Source: Gemmatimonadales bacterium (lineage in GTDB: Bacteria; Gemmatimonadota; Gemmatimonadetes; Gemmatimonadales; GWC2-71-9). Taken from it: 64,000 nt of DNA. This document shows positions 7,951 to 19,587 of the stretch, piece after piece. Made by a program: the position numbers and the translations under genes. Position 1 is the first letter of the stretch, and each line of letters begins with the position of its first letter. The notes under the pieces were generated by a model. The model was not told the origin of the DNA, did not search any database, and saw only the letters and a program-made list of their open reading frames with translations. Where the stretch lies: positions 576,001 through 640,000 of the forward strand of contig JBBCJC010000003.1 in NCBI GenBank assembly GCA_037189525.1, read 5' to 3'.

Positions 7951-10032
7951 GTGCATCGTATCGAAACGACTTTTGCCGGGCGGCCGTTGCTGCTCGAAAC
8001 CGGCCGTCTGGCCAAACAGGCCGCGGGCTCCGTGCTGGCGCAGTTCGGAGAAACCGTCGTGTTGGCCTCCGTGACGGTGAGCAGCCGCGAATCGTCGCTG
8101 CCGTTTTTTCCGCTGACCGTCGAGTATCGCGAGAAGAGCTACGCAGCTGGCAAGATCCCCGGCGGCTTCCTCAAGCGCGAAGGCCGTCCGAGCGACGACG
8201 AGATTCTGGCGGCGCGCATCATCGACCGCTCGATTCGTCCGCTCTTTCCCGAAGGCTTCAAGAACGAAGTCCAGGTCTTCGTGACGGTCGTCTCGGCCGA
8301 TCAGGAGCACGGCGCCGATGTGCTTGGTGCGCTGGCGGCGTCGGCGGCGCTGGCCATCTCGCCGGTGCCGTTCAACGGACCGATCGCGACGGTACGGGTC
8401 GGCCGGGTCGAAGGCAAGTGGATTCTGAACCCGACCTTCCACCAGCTCGAGTTCTCCGATCTCGACGTGACGGTGAGCGGGAACGGTGAGTCGATCGGCA
8501 TGGTCGAGGGCGGTTCGGCCGAAGTGTCCGAAAGCGATGTGATCGAAGCGCTCAAGGTCGCCCAGAAGGGGATCCGCGAGCTGCGTGGCCACATCGAGAC
8601 GCTGGTGGCCAAGGAGGGCAAGCCCAAGATGACGTGGACCCGCGCGGAGCCGGACGCGGTGCTCGTCAAGCGGGTGCGCGAGCTGGCCGAGAAGGACATG
8701 GCCAAGGCGATCAACCACAAGGACAAGGCGGGCCGGGCCGGTCAGGTGCGGGCCATTCGCGACGCGGCGGCCGCCGTGCTTGCCGTCGAGTTCCCGGACA
8801 AGATCAAGGACGCCGACGCCGAGCTCGACGAGATCGAGTACCGGGTCATGCGCGGCCAGGTGCTCGACAAGGGCGAGCGGATCGACGGGCGCGATCTCGA
8901 GACGGTTCGTCCGATCTCGATCGAAGCCGGCATCCTGCCGCGCACCCACGGCTCCGCGCTCTTTACCCGCGGCGAAACGCAGGCGCTGGTGGCGGTGACG
9001 CTGGGCACCTCGGACGACGAGCAGCGGATCGACTCGATCAACGTGGCGGGTGAGTCGACCAAGTCGTTCATGCTGCACTACAACTTCCCGCCGTACTCGA
9101 CCGGTGAAGTGCGTCCGATCCGCGGCACCAGCCGTCGTGAAGTGGGCCATGGTGCGCTGGCCGAGCGGGCGTTGCAGGCGGTGCTGCCGGGCTTCGATGC
9201 TTTCCCGTACACGCTGCGGGTGGTGTCCGAGATCCTCGAGTCCAACGGCTCGTCCTCGATGGCGACGGTCTGCGGCGGCTCGCTGGCGCTGATGGATGCG
9301 GGCGTCCCGATCAAGGCGCCGTGCGCAGGTGTCGCGATGGGGTTGATCACCGACGGCAAGCGGGTGGCGGTGCTCACCGACATCCTCGGCACCGAGGATC
9401 ACCTGGGCGACATGGACTTCAAGGTGGCCGGAACGGAACAGGGCATCACCTCGATCCAGATGGACATCAAGATCTCGGGTCTGAGCCTCGAGATCATGAC
9501 CGATGCGCTGGAGCGGGCCCGTCGCGGCCGGCTGCACATCCTGGGCGAGATGAAGAAGGCGCTTGCTGCGCCGCGTCCGGAGCTGTCGAAGTACGCGCCC
9601 CGGATCTTCACGATGATGATCAAGCCGGACAAGATCGGCGACGTTATCGGTCCCAAGGGCAAGACCATCCGGGGCATCCAGGATGCCACGGGCGCCAAGA
9701 TCTCGATCGAGGATTCGGGTCTCGTCACCATCGCCGCCGTCGGTGGCGAAGCGGGCGACAAGGCGCGCGAGATGGTGTCGGCGCTGGTGGCGGAGCCCGA
9801 GGTCGGCAAGGTCTACGAAGGCCCGGTCAAGAGCACGACGGCGTTCGGCGCCTTCGTGGAAATCATGCCCGGCGTCGAAGGCTTGCTGCACATCAGCGAA
9901 CTGCAGCATGGCCGGACCGAGAAGACCGAAGACGTGGTCAAGAAGGGCGACATCGTGCGAGTCCAGCTCCTCGAGGTGGATGATCGGGGCCGCATGAAGT
10001 TGTCGCGGAAAGCGCTCCTGCCCAAGGAGTGA
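7951..10032 (+). CDS. pnp: Polyribonucleotide nucleotidyltransferase (PNPase)
   Basis: FFPLTVEY, RREVGHG, ESNGSSSMA, GDMDFKVAG, KH and S1 domains. GTG start at 7951 inferred from the SD. Confidence 0.97.
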   Translation: MHRIETTFAGRPLLLETGRLAKQAAGSVLAQFGETVVLASVTVSSRESSLPFFPLTVEYREKSYAAGKIPGGFLKREGRPSDDEILAARIIDRSIRPLFPEGFKNEVQVFVTVVSADQEHGADVLGALAASAALAISPVPFNGPIATVRVGRVEGKWILNPTFHQLEFSDLDVTVSGNGESIGMVEGGSAEVSESDVIEALKVAQKGIRELRGHIETLVAKEGKPKMTWTRAEPDAVLVKRVRELAEKDMAKAINHKDKAGRAGQVRAIRDAAAAVLAVEFPDKIKDADAELDEIEYRVMRGQVLDKGERIDGRDLETVRPISIEAGILPRTHGSALFTRGETQALVAVTLGTSDDEQRIDSINVAGESTKSFMLHYNFPPYSTGEVRPIRGTSRREVGHGALAERALQAVLPGFDAFPYTLRVVSEILESNGSSSMATVCGGSLALMDAGVPIKAPCAGVAMGLITDGKRVAVLTDILGTEDHLGDMDFKVAGTEQGITSIQMDIKISGLSLEIMTDALERARRGRLHILGEMKKALAAPRPELSKYAPRIFTMMIKPDKIGDVIGPKGKTIRGIQDATGAKISIEDSGLVTIAAVGGEAGDKAREMVSALVAEPEVGKVYEGPVKSTTAFGAFVEIMPGVEGLLHISELQHGRTEKTEDVVKKGDIVRVQLLEVDDRGRMKLSRKALLPKE

Positions 10033-11285
10033 CCGTGGCTCGGGAGCAACTCGACGAGCGGCTCTACCAGACCACCGCACCGAACGGCCTCGTGGTGCTC
10101 ACCGAGCACTTGCCGGGGCTCCGATCCGTGGCGGCAGGCATCTGGTTCCGCTCGGCGAGTGGTCACGAGCGGCGCGAGCAGATGGGGATTGCCCATCTGC
10201 TCGAGCACATGGTGTTCAAAGGGACCGAGCGGCGGACGGCCAAGGAATTGGCCCATGCGCTCGAAGTGCGCGGCGGCGGCCTCGACGCGTACACCAGCCG
10301 AGATCATACCAGCTTTCAAGCGCATGTCCTCGACCAGGACCTTCCACTTGCCGTGGAGGTTCTGAGCGATCTGGTGCGCCGTCCGCTCCTGCGGGCGGAG
10401 GATCTCGAACTCGAGCGCAACGTCGTGCTCGAGGAGATCAAGGGCGTCGAGGATACCCCGGACGACCTGGTCTTCGATCTGGCCTCCGCGGCGCTCTGGC
10501 CGTCGCATCCGTACGGTTACTCGATTCTGGGCACGCCGGACACCGTGAGCGCGCTGTCGGCGGCCGATCTGGCGGCCTTCCATCGCGCGGCGTACCATCC
10601 GCGAAACGCGGTCATCGCCGCAGCGGGCAACGTCGACCATGATCAGTTGCTGGATCACCTGGCCGCCGAAGGGTGGTTCGAGACTTCGCTCGATGGCGAG
10701 CGGACCCCTCCGGTGGTACCGGCTCCCGCGCGCCGCGGCGACAACGCGATGGTGCCGCGGGAGACCGCGCAGGCGCACCTGGTCCTGGGGACCGATACCT
10801 TCGCGTCGCGCGATCCGCGGCGCTACGCGCTGGCCATTCTGATCAATCTGCTGGGTGGCGGGATGTCGAGCCGGCTGTTCCAGCGGGTGCGGGAACAACT
10901 GGGCCTGGCGTACGCGATCTATGCGTATCAGCAGGCCTACCGGTCGACTGGCTTGCTGGGCATCTACGTGGCGACCCAACCCGCCGCGGCGCTGCGCGCC
11001 CGGGAGGCGATTGCGGTCGAGCTCGAACAGCTGGCAGCTGGGGGCTTGAGTGACACGGAGCTGGCCGACGGTAAACGGCAGTTGCAGGGCCAGCTGATGC
11101 TGGCATTGGAAAACCCGTCGAGCCGGATGCACCGGCTGGCGGGTTTCGTGCTCAATGACGATCGATACCGTAAATTGGACGAAGTCCTGGCGGCTATCGA
11201 CGCAGTGAGCCGGGAGGACGCGCTCGCGGTTGCCGGAGAGTTTCTGGCGCCGGAGCGGATGACCGTAGTACAGTTGGGCGGCTGA
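10029..11285 (+). CDS. M16 family (pitrilysin-like) zinc peptidase
   Basis: [11 protein letters not shown] inverted zinc motif; [10 protein letters not shown]. Confidence 0.92.
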   Translation: MTVAREQLDERLYQTTAPNGLVVLTEHLPGLRSVAAGIWFRSASGHERREQMGIAHLLEHMVFKGTERRTAKELAHALEVRGGGLDAYTSRDHTSFQAHVLDQDLPLAVEVLSDLVRRPLLRAEDLELERNVVLEEIKGVEDTPDDLVFDLASAALWPSHPYGYSILGTPDTVSALSAADLAAFHRAAYHPRNAVIAAAGNVDHDQLLDHLAAEGWFETSLDGERTPPVVPAPARRGDNAMVPRETAQAHLVLGTDTFASRDPRRYALAILINLLGGGMSSRLFQRVREQLGLAYAIYAYQQAYRSTGLLGIYVATQPAAALRAREAIAVELEQLAAGGLSDTELADGKRQLQGQLMLALENPSSRMHRLAGFVLNDDRYRKLDEVLAAIDAVSREDALAVAGEFLAPERMTVVQLGG

Positions 11286-11340
11286 AGGTTCCGGCCGCTC
11301 CGGACGTAAACCAACTTTGTCGCAACAGGTGGAGACGGGC

Positions 11341-12453
11341 ATGATCATCGGCGTACCGAAGGAGATCAAGACCAATGAGAATCGGATCGCATTGGTCCCG
11401 GCTGGTGCGGAGCTACTGACGGAGACGGGTAATACGGTCTACATCGAGAAGGGGGCCGGGCTGGGGAGCGGCTTCACCGATGAGGACTATGTGGGCGCCG
11501 GCGCGAAGATCCTCGACACCGCGGACGAGGTCTGGGCCAAGGCCGACATGATCATGAAGGTCAAGGAGCCGATCGCGGTCGAGTGGCCGCGGATGCGCGC
11601 CGGACAGGTCATCTACACCTACTTCCATTTTGCGGCGTCGGAAGAACTGACCCGGGCCGTGATTGCCTCTGGCGCGATTGCGATTGCATACGAGACCGTG
11701 CAGTTACCGACCGGCGAGTTGCCGCTGCTCACGCCGATGTCCGAAGTGGCAGGCCGGATGGCGGTGCAGGAGGGGGCCAAGTACCTGGAGAAGGTCTACG
11801 GCGGCCGCGGTGTGCTGCTGGGTGGCGTGCCCGGTGTGCCGCCGGCAGACGTGATCATTCTGGGCGGTGGCGTGGTCGGCATCAATGCGGCCAAGATGGC
11901 GGCCGGCATGGGCGCCAATGTCACCATCATGGACCTGTCGCTCGATCGGTTGCGCTACCTCGACGACGTGCTGCCCGCTAACGTCACCACCCTCTATTCC
12001 AACCGCTACAACATCCTCGGCGCGATTCAGCGGGCCGATCTGGTGGTGGGTGCCGTGCTCTTGCCGGGTGCCAAGGCGCCGCGTCTGATCCGGCGTGAAG
12101 ACCTCAAGACGATGAAGCCGGGCGCGGTAGTGGTCGACGTTGCGGTCGACCAGGGCGGCTGTGTCGAAACGATCAAGCCGACCACGCACGAAGATCCGAT
12201 CTACTTCGTCGACGGTGTGCTGCATTACGCCGTGGCCAACATGCCGGGCGGCGTGCCGCGGACTTCGACGCTGGCGCTGACCAATGCCACGCTGCCGTAT
12301 GCCATTCCGCTGGCCAAGCTGGGCTGGCAGGAAGCCTGCCGCCGCGATCGCGCGCTGCAGCTCGGCCTCAACGTGGTCGAGGGCAAGGTGGTTTATCCCG
12401 GCGTCGCGGAGGCCTTCGGCCTGCCGCTGGTCGACGTCGGCGCGGTGTTGTAG
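11341..12453 (+). CDS. ald: Alanine dehydrogenase
   Basis: [33 protein letters not shown] and VANMPG. Confidence 0.96.
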   Translation: MIIGVPKEIKTNENRIALVPAGAELLTETGNTVYIEKGAGLGSGFTDEDYVGAGAKILDTADEVWAKADMIMKVKEPIAVEWPRMRAGQVIYTYFHFAASEELTRAVIASGAIAIAYETVQLPTGELPLLTPMSEVAGRMAVQEGAKYLEKVYGGRGVLLGGVPGVPPADVIILGGGVVGINAAKMAAGMGANVTIMDLSLDRLRYLDDVLPANVTTLYSNRYNILGAIQRADLVVGAVLLPGAKAPRLIRREDLKTMKPGAVVVDVAVDQGGCVETIKPTTHEDPIYFVDGVLHYAVANMPGGVPRTSTLALTNATLPYAIPLAKLGWQEACRRDRALQLGLNVVEGKVVYPGVAEAFGLPLVDVGAVL

Positions 12454-12464
12454 TATGCCGACCT

Positions 12465-12495
12465 GCCGGACGCACCGAGGGATGGTGCGTCCGGC
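12465..12495 (+). terminator. Hairpin after ald
   Basis: GCCGGACGCACC / GGTGCGTCCGGC perfect 12-bp stem; no U tract. Confidence 0.45.
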
Positions 12496-12556
12496 CGGTC
12501 GATGCATTACAGGTCGTTCCCCCCTCGGTCAATCCGCTTCCTCCGCATCGACGACC

Positions 12557-12994
12557 ATGACGATTGTTCAGATTCAGCGACTCCCCCACGGTGCGGAGCT
12601 GCCGGTGCCAGCTCTGCAGACGGCAGGCTCGGCAGGTGCGGATATCGCGTCGGCCGACGAGGGCACTCTGGCCCCTGGCGAGCGGCGGATTTTCCGGACC
12701 GGTTTTGCGGTGGCGATTCCCACCGGGTTCGAAATCCAGCTCCGGCCGCGGTCCGGCCTTGCGGTCAAGCACGGCATCACCCTTCCCAACAGTCCGGCCA
12801 CCATCGATTCGGACTACCGCGGCGAACTCATGGTCGGCCTGGTCAATCTGGGCCAGGAGGCGTTTCAGGTGACCCGCGGTATGCGGATTGCCCAATTGGT
12901 ACTCGGGCGAGTCGAACCGGTGCAATTCGAACTGGTTGATTCGTTACCAGCGACGTCGCGGGGTGAGGGCGGCTTCGGGAGCACCGGCCTATAA
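12557..12994 (+). CDS. dut: dUTP diphosphatase
   Basis: SAGADI, RPRSGLA, TIDSDYRGE, RIAQL and RGEGGFGSTG motifs. Confidence 0.95.
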   Translation: MTIVQIQRLPHGAELPVPALQTAGSAGADIASADEGTLAPGERRIFRTGFAVAIPTGFEIQLRPRSGLAVKHGITLPNSPATIDSDYRGELMVGLVNLGQEAFQVTRGMRIAQLVLGRVEPVQFELVDSLPATSRGEGGFGSTGL

Positions 12995-13071
12995 ATAGTT
13001 CGCCGTTCCATTGTTAAACGCCTCGCTCGGGCCCGGAGGGGCGGGGCGGAGTTGGGTCGGCTGGTGCAGCC

Positions 13072-13100
13072 TTGTCGAAGTTCTTGCCGGACATTAACTT
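13072..13100 (+). promoter_or_regulatory. Sigma70-type promoter of mreB
   Basis: TTGTCG-N17-TAACTT, 30 nt upstream of the ATG. Confidence 0.5.
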
Positions 13101-13130
13101 GCGCATCGGCCGGGGGGCGTCAGCTATCTC

Positions 13131-14165
13131 ATGAAGTTTCCGTTCAAATTCAAGTCACTCATACCCGCGAACGAGATCGCCGTCGATCTCGGCACGGCTA
13201 ACACGTTGGTTTACGTCAAGGGCGAGGGGATCGTCCTCAACGAGCCATCGGTGGTGGCCATCGACCGGGGCAGCGGGGAACCCAAGGCGTTCGGGCTCGA
13301 TGCCAAACGGATGCTCGGGCGGACCCCCGAAGGGATCATCGCGGTCCGGCCGCTCAAGGACGGCGTGATCGCCGATTTCGAGCGGACCGAGAAGATGCTC
13401 CGGCATTTCCTCAGGACCATCATTTCGAAGCATTTCTTCCACGTCAAACCGATGGTGGTCGTCGCGGTCCCCTCCGGAATTACCGAGGTGGAACGCCGGG
13501 CCGTGCGTGACTCGGCCGAGACGGCGGGCGCCAAGGCGGTGTTCATGGTGGCGGAGCCGATGGCGGCTGCCATCGGAGTGGGGCTTCCGGTCGAAACCCC
13601 GACCGGCAACATGGTCATCGATATCGGCGGCGGCACGACCGAAATCGCCGTGATCGCGCTGTCCGGCATCGTCTGCGACACCTCGATCCGCACCGGCGGT
13701 GATGAGCTGGACCAGGCGATCGTCCAGTTCATGCGGAAGAACTACAACCTGCTGGTCGGTGAGCCGACCGCCGAAGCGATCAAGATCAAGATCGGGTCGG
13801 CCTACCCGACGGGGGACGAGCGGGAGATGGAGGTCAAGGGCCGCGACTTGGTCTCGGGGATCCCGAAAACGGTTCGGGTGCACTCGACCGAGGTGCGGGA
13901 GGCGGTCCAGGAACCGATTCAGCAGATCGTCGACGCGGTTCGCCGGGCTTTGGAGATCACCCCGCCTGAGCTCGCGGCCGACATCGTCGACCGGGGCATC
14001 GTGATGACGGGTGGTGGCGCGCTGATTCGCGGGCTCGATCTTCTTTTGCAGCAGGAAACCGGTCTCCCGATTCACGTCGATGAGGACCCCCTGACGTGCG
14101 TCGTCCGCGGTACCGGTCGCATTCTCGACGAGTACGACAAGTATCGGAATGTCCTGACGAGGTGA
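13131..14165 (+). CDS. mreB: Rod shape-determining protein MreB
   Basis: [22 protein letters not shown] and TGGGAL. Confidence 0.97.
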   Translation: MKFPFKFKSLIPANEIAVDLGTANTLVYVKGEGIVLNEPSVVAIDRGSGEPKAFGLDAKRMLGRTPEGIIAVRPLKDGVIADFERTEKMLRHFLRTIISKHFFHVKPMVVVAVPSGITEVERRAVRDSAETAGAKAVFMVAEPMAAAIGVGLPVETPTGNMVIDIGGGTTEIAVIALSGIVCDTSIRTGGDELDQAIVQFMRKNYNLLVGEPTAEAIKIKIGSAYPTGDEREMEVKGRDLVSGIPKTVRVHSTEVREAVQEPIQQIVDAVRRALEITPPELAADIVDRGIVMTGGGALIRGLDLLLQQETGLPIHVDEDPLTCVVRGTGRILDEYDKYRNVLTR

Positions 14166-14166
14166 C

Positions 14167-15009
14167 ATGAGGCCGAGCCTGGGCCGGTCGCTGTCCCGGA
14201 GCGATACGTTCCTTCTCGCGGTGTGCCTGGTCCTGTCGCTCACCGCGCTGGCCTTGCCGTCGCGCTGGACCCAGGCGTTTGCTTCCTCGGTTCGATCGAC
14301 CGCCCTCGCCCCGCTCCTCTGGATTCAGACCAACGCCGAAGAGCAGCGCACCAGCCGGCTCCGGCTGCGCGCCATTGCCGAGGCTCGTGATTCGGCCGCG
14401 CTCGCGGCGCAGTCGCTGGCGGCGCTTTCGGCGGAGAACCAGCAGCTTCGCGCTCTGCTCGACCTCCGGCCCAAGGTGGGCTACCAGACGGTTGCCGCGG
14501 AGGTGCTCAGGCAGTCGCTGCCCACCGACGGCAGGACCTTGCTGATCGGGGCGGGGCAGTCGGCGGGCATCGCGGTCGGCGACCCGGTGGTCTCTCCCGA
14601 AGGCTTGATCGGTCTCGTGATCAGCGTGGACGTCGCGTCCTCGGTGGCGATGTCCTGGGCGCATCCGGATTTCGCGGTCGCCGCGGCTACGGAAGACGGG
14701 AGTGTCATGGGCATCGCGGCACCGATCAGTAATGTGGGGGCCAACGAGGCCTTTCTCGAGCTGCGCGGCGTGCCCTATCGCGATACCGTCGCGGTCGGTA
14801 CGCAGGTTTTGACGTCCGGTCTGACCGGGGTCTATCCCAAGGGCATCCCGATCGGTCGTGTCACCGGCGTTCGCCGCGAAGAGTTGGGGTGGGAGCGGAT
14901 CTATCGTCTCAATCCGCTGGCCAATCCGGCCCACGTGACGCACGTGCTGGTCTACCTGATTCGCAGCAGCAATCGATTGTCCATCGGCGAGGCCGATTCG
15001 AATCCATGA
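14167..15009 (+). CDS. mreC: Rod shape-determining protein MreC
   Basis: N-terminal TM and coiled coil (ENQQLRALL), TSGLTGVYPKGIPIG; operon position. Confidence 0.9.
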   Translation: MRPSLGRSLSRSDTFLLAVCLVLSLTALALPSRWTQAFASSVRSTALAPLLWIQTNAEEQRTSRLRLRAIAEARDSAALAAQSLAALSAENQQLRALLDLRPKVGYQTVAAEVLRQSLPTDGRTLLIGAGQSAGIAVGDPVVSPEGLIGLVISVDVASSVAMSWAHPDFAVAAATEDGSVMGIAAPISNVGANEAFLELRGVPYRDTVAVGTQVLTSGLTGVYPKGIPIGRVTGVRREELGWERIYRLNPLANPAHVTHVLVYLIRSSNRLSIGEADSNP

Positions 15010-15500
15010 CGACGAGCCGGCGGGCCCAGCGATGGCGGGTCGGGGTCGTGATCGCGATCCTGGTAGCTGCGCATTTCTACGTCCGCCCCTGGTTCGGGCG
15101 GGCCGGGCCGGATCTGGTCATGCTCGCGCTGATGCTGGTCGCGATCCGGAGCCGGCCGGGGACGGCCGCCGTCGTCGGGTTCGTGGTTGGTCTCACGGCG
15201 GATATCCTCACCCCGGCGCGCTTCGGCGCCGGCGCGCTGGCGCACACCATCGTCGGGTACCTGGCGGCCTGGGGTCGCGCGGTATTTTTCCCGGACAATC
15301 TGCTGGTCAACGCCGGCCTGTTTGCCGCTGGCCTTTGGGTCCGAAACCTGATTGTATTGATCACCAGTTCGGCGACGCCCGGTGACCTGGCGGAATCGCT
15401 CCTGATCTGGTCGCCGATCCAGGCGTTGTCAACGGCCGTGGCGGGGGTGATCGTCGTGGTGATGTTCCGGGAATGGCTGGCCATCCGGCTGGAAGAATGA
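15006..15500 (+). CDS. mreD: Rod shape-determining protein MreD
   Basis: Hydrophobic protein with PDL and GFVVGLTADIL; lies between mreC and mrdA. Confidence 0.85.
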   Translation: MTTSRRAQRWRVGVVIAILVAAHFYVRPWFGRAGPDLVMLALMLVAIRSRPGTAAVVGFVVGLTADILTPARFGAGALAHTIVGYLAAWGRAVFFPDNLLVNAGLFAAGLWVRNLIVLITSSATPGDLAESLLIWSPIQALSTAVAGVIVVVMFREWLAIRLEE

Positions 15501-17368
15501 GCAGCGCGTTCAATCCTTTCCGGGTTCGTGAGCGGAGCGCCATTGCGACCTGGGTGCTTGCCGTGGTGTTCCTGCTGCTGATCGGAGCGTTCTTTCGTGC
15601 TCAGGTACTGAGCAGCGAGGACTTTCGCCGGCAGTCGGCCAACAATCGCCTCCGCCGGCTGACGCTGGCTTCCCCGCGTGGCATCATTTTCGACCGCCAC
15701 GGAGTTCCGATCGCCGAGAATGCGCCGGGGTACACGGTACGCCTGGTGGCGCGGACCGGATCGGGGCAGAGCCCGAAGGACTCGCTGCGCGCCGTCGTTC
15801 GGCGGATCGGCAAGTTGGTACCGATCAGCGAGGATCTGGAGGCGCAGGTGGTCCGCCGGTACGAGATTGCCCCGTTCCAGCCGGCGCTGGTCTTTGCCAA
15901 TGCGAGTCTCGAGACGGTGGCGGTGCTCGAGGAGCATCGCTATCTGCTGCCCGGCCTGGTGGTGCGCACCGAGCCGCGCCGATCGTATCCGGGCGGGTCG
16001 GCGGTGGCGCATCTGATCGGATATGTCACCGAGGTCTCCGACGACGACCTCGAGAAGAAACGGTATCCCGGCGCCAAAGCGGGCACGCTGGTCGGCAAAG
16101 ACGGGCTCGAGTCTCGCTACGATTCAATCGTGCGGGGCCTCGAAGGTGTCAGTTTCGTCGAGGTCGATGCCCGGGGCCGCATGGTGCGCGACGAGAGCCA
16201 GTCGCCGGCGCTCAAACCCGTAGCGGGCGAGCCGATCAAGACGACCATCGATCTCGGTCTCCAACTCTATACCGACAGTCTCTGGAACGCGGACTACGCA
16301 GGTAAGCGCGGCGGGGCGATCGCGATGATGCCCAACGGCGAGGTCCTGGCGCTCTACTCAGCGCCCACGTTCGATCCGAATGAATTCATCAGCGGGGTGT
16401 CGCCGCGCCGCTGGGGCGAACTCAATACCGACGAAGCGCGCCCGCTCCTCAACCGGGCCGTGCGCGGCTCGTTCCCGCCCGGCTCACCGTTCAAGCTGGT
16501 GACGGCCGCAGTGGCGCTCAAGCGGGGGCTGGTTGACTTCGATTCGCACATGCCGCAGTCGTGCACCGGCGGCCTGCGCTTCGGGAATCGGGTCTTCCAC
16601 TGCTGGAAGCGCAGCGGACACGGCTCGCTCGATCTGACCGGGGCGATTGCCAACAGCTGCAACGTCTACTTCTATCAGCTGGGCCTCAAGATCGGCCTCG
16701 ACAATCTCCTGAACGAAGTGACGGCAATGGGGCTCGGTCGCCCGACCGGCATCGATCTGGGCTCCGAACGCAGTTCCATTTTCCCGCCGTCGACCGCCTA
16801 CTACGACCGGCAGTACGGGTCGCGGGGCTGGAGCAACGCCGTCACCCTCAATCTGTCGATCGGGCAGGGGGAGAACGCCCAGACGCTGCTCAGCCAGGTG
16901 CGCTTCTACGCAGCGATGGCCGGCGACGGCGTCATCCCTACGCCGTACATCGTCAAGCCGCCCACCGATGCCCAGCGCTCACTGGGTCTCTCGCCGGAAC
17001 AGCTGCGTGGCTTGCGGAGCGCGATGCAGGCGGTGGTGGACCGGGGCACGGCGGCACGAAGCGGCGGGCGCGACATCCGGGTGGCCGGGAAGACGGGTAC
17101 GGCACAGAATCCCCACGGCGCGGATCACGGCTGGTTCGTTGCCTTCGCTCCGGCGGACGACCCCAAGATCGTGGTGGGCGCCATCATGGAGTTTGCCTTG
17201 CACGGTACGGTCGTGGCACCGTTCGTCGTCAAGGTGATTCGCCGCTATCTCGAAAGCCTCGATCCGTCGCTCGCGAAAGTAGACGTCCGGATCATGCTCC
17301 AGCCCGACTCCGCAACCACGGAGTCGGACCTGCCGGACGACTCGACCGGGCAGATTCGGGAGCCCTAG
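15497..17368 (+). CDS. mrdA: Penicillin-binding protein 2
   Basis: RGIIFDR, SPFK, SCN and KTGTAQ motifs. Confidence 0.94.
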   Translation: MSSAFNPFRVRERSAIATWVLAVVFLLLIGAFFRAQVLSSEDFRRQSANNRLRRLTLASPRGIIFDRHGVPIAENAPGYTVRLVARTGSGQSPKDSLRAVVRRIGKLVPISEDLEAQVVRRYEIAPFQPALVFANASLETVAVLEEHRYLLPGLVVRTEPRRSYPGGSAVAHLIGYVTEVSDDDLEKKRYPGAKAGTLVGKDGLESRYDSIVRGLEGVSFVEVDARGRMVRDESQSPALKPVAGEPIKTTIDLGLQLYTDSLWNADYAGKRGGAIAMMPNGEVLALYSAPTFDPNEFISGVSPRRWGELNTDEARPLLNRAVRGSFPPGSPFKLVTAAVALKRGLVDFDSHMPQSCTGGLRFGNRVFHCWKRSGHGSLDLTGAIANSCNVYFYQLGLKIGLDNLLNEVTAMGLGRPTGIDLGSERSSIFPPSTAYYDRQYGSRGWSNAVTLNLSIGQGENAQTLLSQVRFYAAMAGDGVIPTPYIVKPPTDAQRSLGLSPEQLRGLRSAMQAVVDRGTAARSGGRDIRVAGKTGTAQNPHGADHGWFVAFAPADDPKIVVGAIMEFALHGTVVAPFVVKVIRRYLESLDPSLAKVDVRIMLQPDSATTESDLPDDSTGQIREP

Positions 17369-18607
17369 ATGCGGACCACGCTCGATCGTCCGCTCCTGAT
17401 TACGCTGTTCCTGCTCTGCGGGTACGGCCTCGCCATGGTGTACTCGGCGGGGCAGACCGATGTGCCGTCGTTTGCGGAGCGAGCGTGGATTCGGCAGGCG
17501 GGCTGGATGGTCGTAGCGGTGATTGCCGCGTCGCTGTCGTTCCGGGTTTCGTTTCGGCTGCTCGAGTGGAGCGCGCCGCTCCTCTACGGGCTGGGTCTGG
17601 TGCTGCTGGTCGTCACCCTCCTGGTCGGAACCGGCGCCGGTACCGCAGCAAGCAGCAAGAGCTGGCTGGCCATCGGCGGGGTGCGCATCGGGCAACCGGT
17701 CGAACTCGCCAAGCTGGGCACCGTGCTCCTCCTGGCGCGCTATCTGTCCGGTCTCCGCCATGCGCCGGCGACCCTGCGCGACCTGGTCACCCCCGGACTG
17801 ATTGCCGGCGTGCCGTTTTTGCTGGTGCTCCGCCAGCCCGATCTGGGCAGCGCCATGGTTTTCATCGGCATCCTCTTTACGATGCTGTTCTGGGGCGGGG
17901 TGCGTCCGTCGCTGCTGCTGTTGCTGGCCTCGCCGATGGTGAGCCTGCTGCTCGCGGCCAATACGGCCTGGTGGGCCGGCTGGATCGTCCTCCTCACGGT
18001 ACTGCTGCTGGTTTGGCGCACCTATGTGAGCGAGGGGGTCTTCATCTGGCTCGTCAACGCCGCGATGGGCGTGCTGGCCATCATGCTGTGGGATCGCCTC
18101 AAGCCGCACCAGCAGCAACGTCTGGTCTCGTTTCTCAATCCCGCGGCCGACCCCGTCAACTCGGGCTACCAGGCGATTCAGTCCAAGGTGGCAATCGGAT
18201 CTGGCGGATGGTTCGGTAACGGCTGGCTCGAAGGACCGCAGAAGCGGCTGGCTTTTCTTCCGGAGCAACCGACCGACTTCATCTTCTCGGTCGTGGGGGA
18301 GGAAATGGGCTTCATCGGCGTGCTGGTGGCCCTGGCGTTGTTTTTTACCCTGTTCCTGATTCTGATTCGGGTGGCCCGCCGAGCGACCGACACATTCAGC
18401 AGCCTCGTCGTCTTCGGGGTGCTGGGAATGCTCTTTACCCACGTGTTCGAAAACGTGGGGATGACGATCAATCTGATGCCGATCACCGGTATTCCGCTGC
18501 CCTTCTTTTCGTACGGCGGCTCCTTCGTCCTGGCGTGCGGGCTGTCCATGGGGCTCGTTTTTCGGGTGGCGTGGGATGCCCGCTCCAGTGGCTATGTTGA
18601 GACATAG
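17369..18607 (+). CDS. rodA: Rod shape-determining protein RodA
   Basis: QPVELAK, QPDLG, GYQAIQSKVAIGSGG, TDFIFS and SYGGS. Confidence 0.94.
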   Translation: MRTTLDRPLLITLFLLCGYGLAMVYSAGQTDVPSFAERAWIRQAGWMVVAVIAASLSFRVSFRLLEWSAPLLYGLGLVLLVVTLLVGTGAGTAASSKSWLAIGGVRIGQPVELAKLGTVLLLARYLSGLRHAPATLRDLVTPGLIAGVPFLLVLRQPDLGSAMVFIGILFTMLFWGGVRPSLLLLLASPMVSLLLAANTAWWAGWIVLLTVLLLVWRTYVSEGVFIWLVNAAMGVLAIMLWDRLKPHQQQRLVSFLNPAADPVNSGYQAIQSKVAIGSGGWFGNGWLEGPQKRLAFLPEQPTDFIFSVVGEEMGFIGVLVALALFFTLFLILIRVARRATDTFSSLVVFGVLGMLFTHVFENVGMTINLMPITGIPLPFFSYGGSFVLACGLSMGLVFRVAWDARSSGYVET

Positions 18608-18711
18608 CAACAGGTTATCTGTCAAGGTCTGGCGCGAACCGACCCCGGCCGCCAGATTCCACCGCTCGATTTCATTTGTGGAGATGATCTTCTTGCGACC
18701 CGACGGCAGCG

Positions 18712-19587
18712 ATGGCCTGGTTTAGAAAAGAACGAAAGCCGCGGGCGTCTCAGCGCGCCCGGCTCGAGATCCCGAAAGACGCATGGGACAAGTGCGAGGC
18801 GTGCGATCACGTCGACATTCGGGAACGGTTCGAGCGGGCGCTCAACGTGTGCCCGGCTTGCGGCCACCATCGTCGGTTCACGGCCGAGGAGTATATCGAG
18901 CTGCTGACCGACGCGGGCACCTGGCGTGAGTTGAACACCAATCTCCGCGCGCTCGATCCGCTGTCGTTCGAGCACTATCCGGATCGGACCAAGCTGGCCC
19001 AGGCCAAGACCGGCCAGCTCGATGCGATGTACACCGGCCTGGCGCGTCTCGAATCGATTCCGATCCATCTCGGCGTGATGAACTTTGCCTTCATGGGCGG
19101 CTCGATGGGGTCGGTGGTCGGCGAGCGGATTGCCCGCCTGGCGCGTCGGTCGGCCGACAAAGGTGTCCCCCTCATTCTGGTCTGCTGCTCCGGCGGCGCC
19201 CGGATGCAGGAGGGGGTTTTCTCGCTGATGCAGATGGCCAAGACGTCGACCGCCATCGCGGAAGTGAAACGCGAAGGCGTGCCGTTCCTGACCCTGCTGA
19301 CCAACCCGACCACGGGCGGCGTCTCGGCGAGTTACGCCATGCAGGGCGATGTGATCCTGGCCGAGCCGGGCGCCGTGATCGGGTTTGCGGGACAACGCGT
19401 CATCAAACAGACCATCGGTCAGGATCTTCCCGAAGGATTTCAGACGGCGGAGTTCCTGCTGGAGCATGGTCAGATCGACGACGTGGTCCCTCGCGGCTCC
19501 CTCCGTGAGACGATCACCCGGCTCTTCCGCCACATGCTGGGACACAAGGCCGAAGCGCAAGCCGGAGGGCCGAGGGCCGACGGGTGA
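18712..19587 (+). CDS. accD: Acetyl-CoA carboxylase carboxyltransferase beta subunit
   Basis: CxxC...CxxC zinc finger, FMGGSMGS, SGGARMQEG and PTTGGVSAS. Confidence 0.96.
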   Translation: MAWFRKERKPRASQRARLEIPKDAWDKCEACDHVDIRERFERALNVCPACGHHRRFTAEEYIELLTDAGTWRELNTNLRALDPLSFEHYPDRTKLAQAKTGQLDAMYTGLARLESIPIHLGVMNFAFMGGSMGSVVGERIARLARRSADKGVPLILVCCSGGARMQEGVFSLMQMAKTSTAIAEVKREGVPFLTLLTNPTTGGVSASYAMQGDVILAEPGAVIGFAGQRVIKQTIGQDLPEGFQTAEFLLEHGQIDDVVPRGSLRETITRLFRHMLGHKAEAQAGGPRADG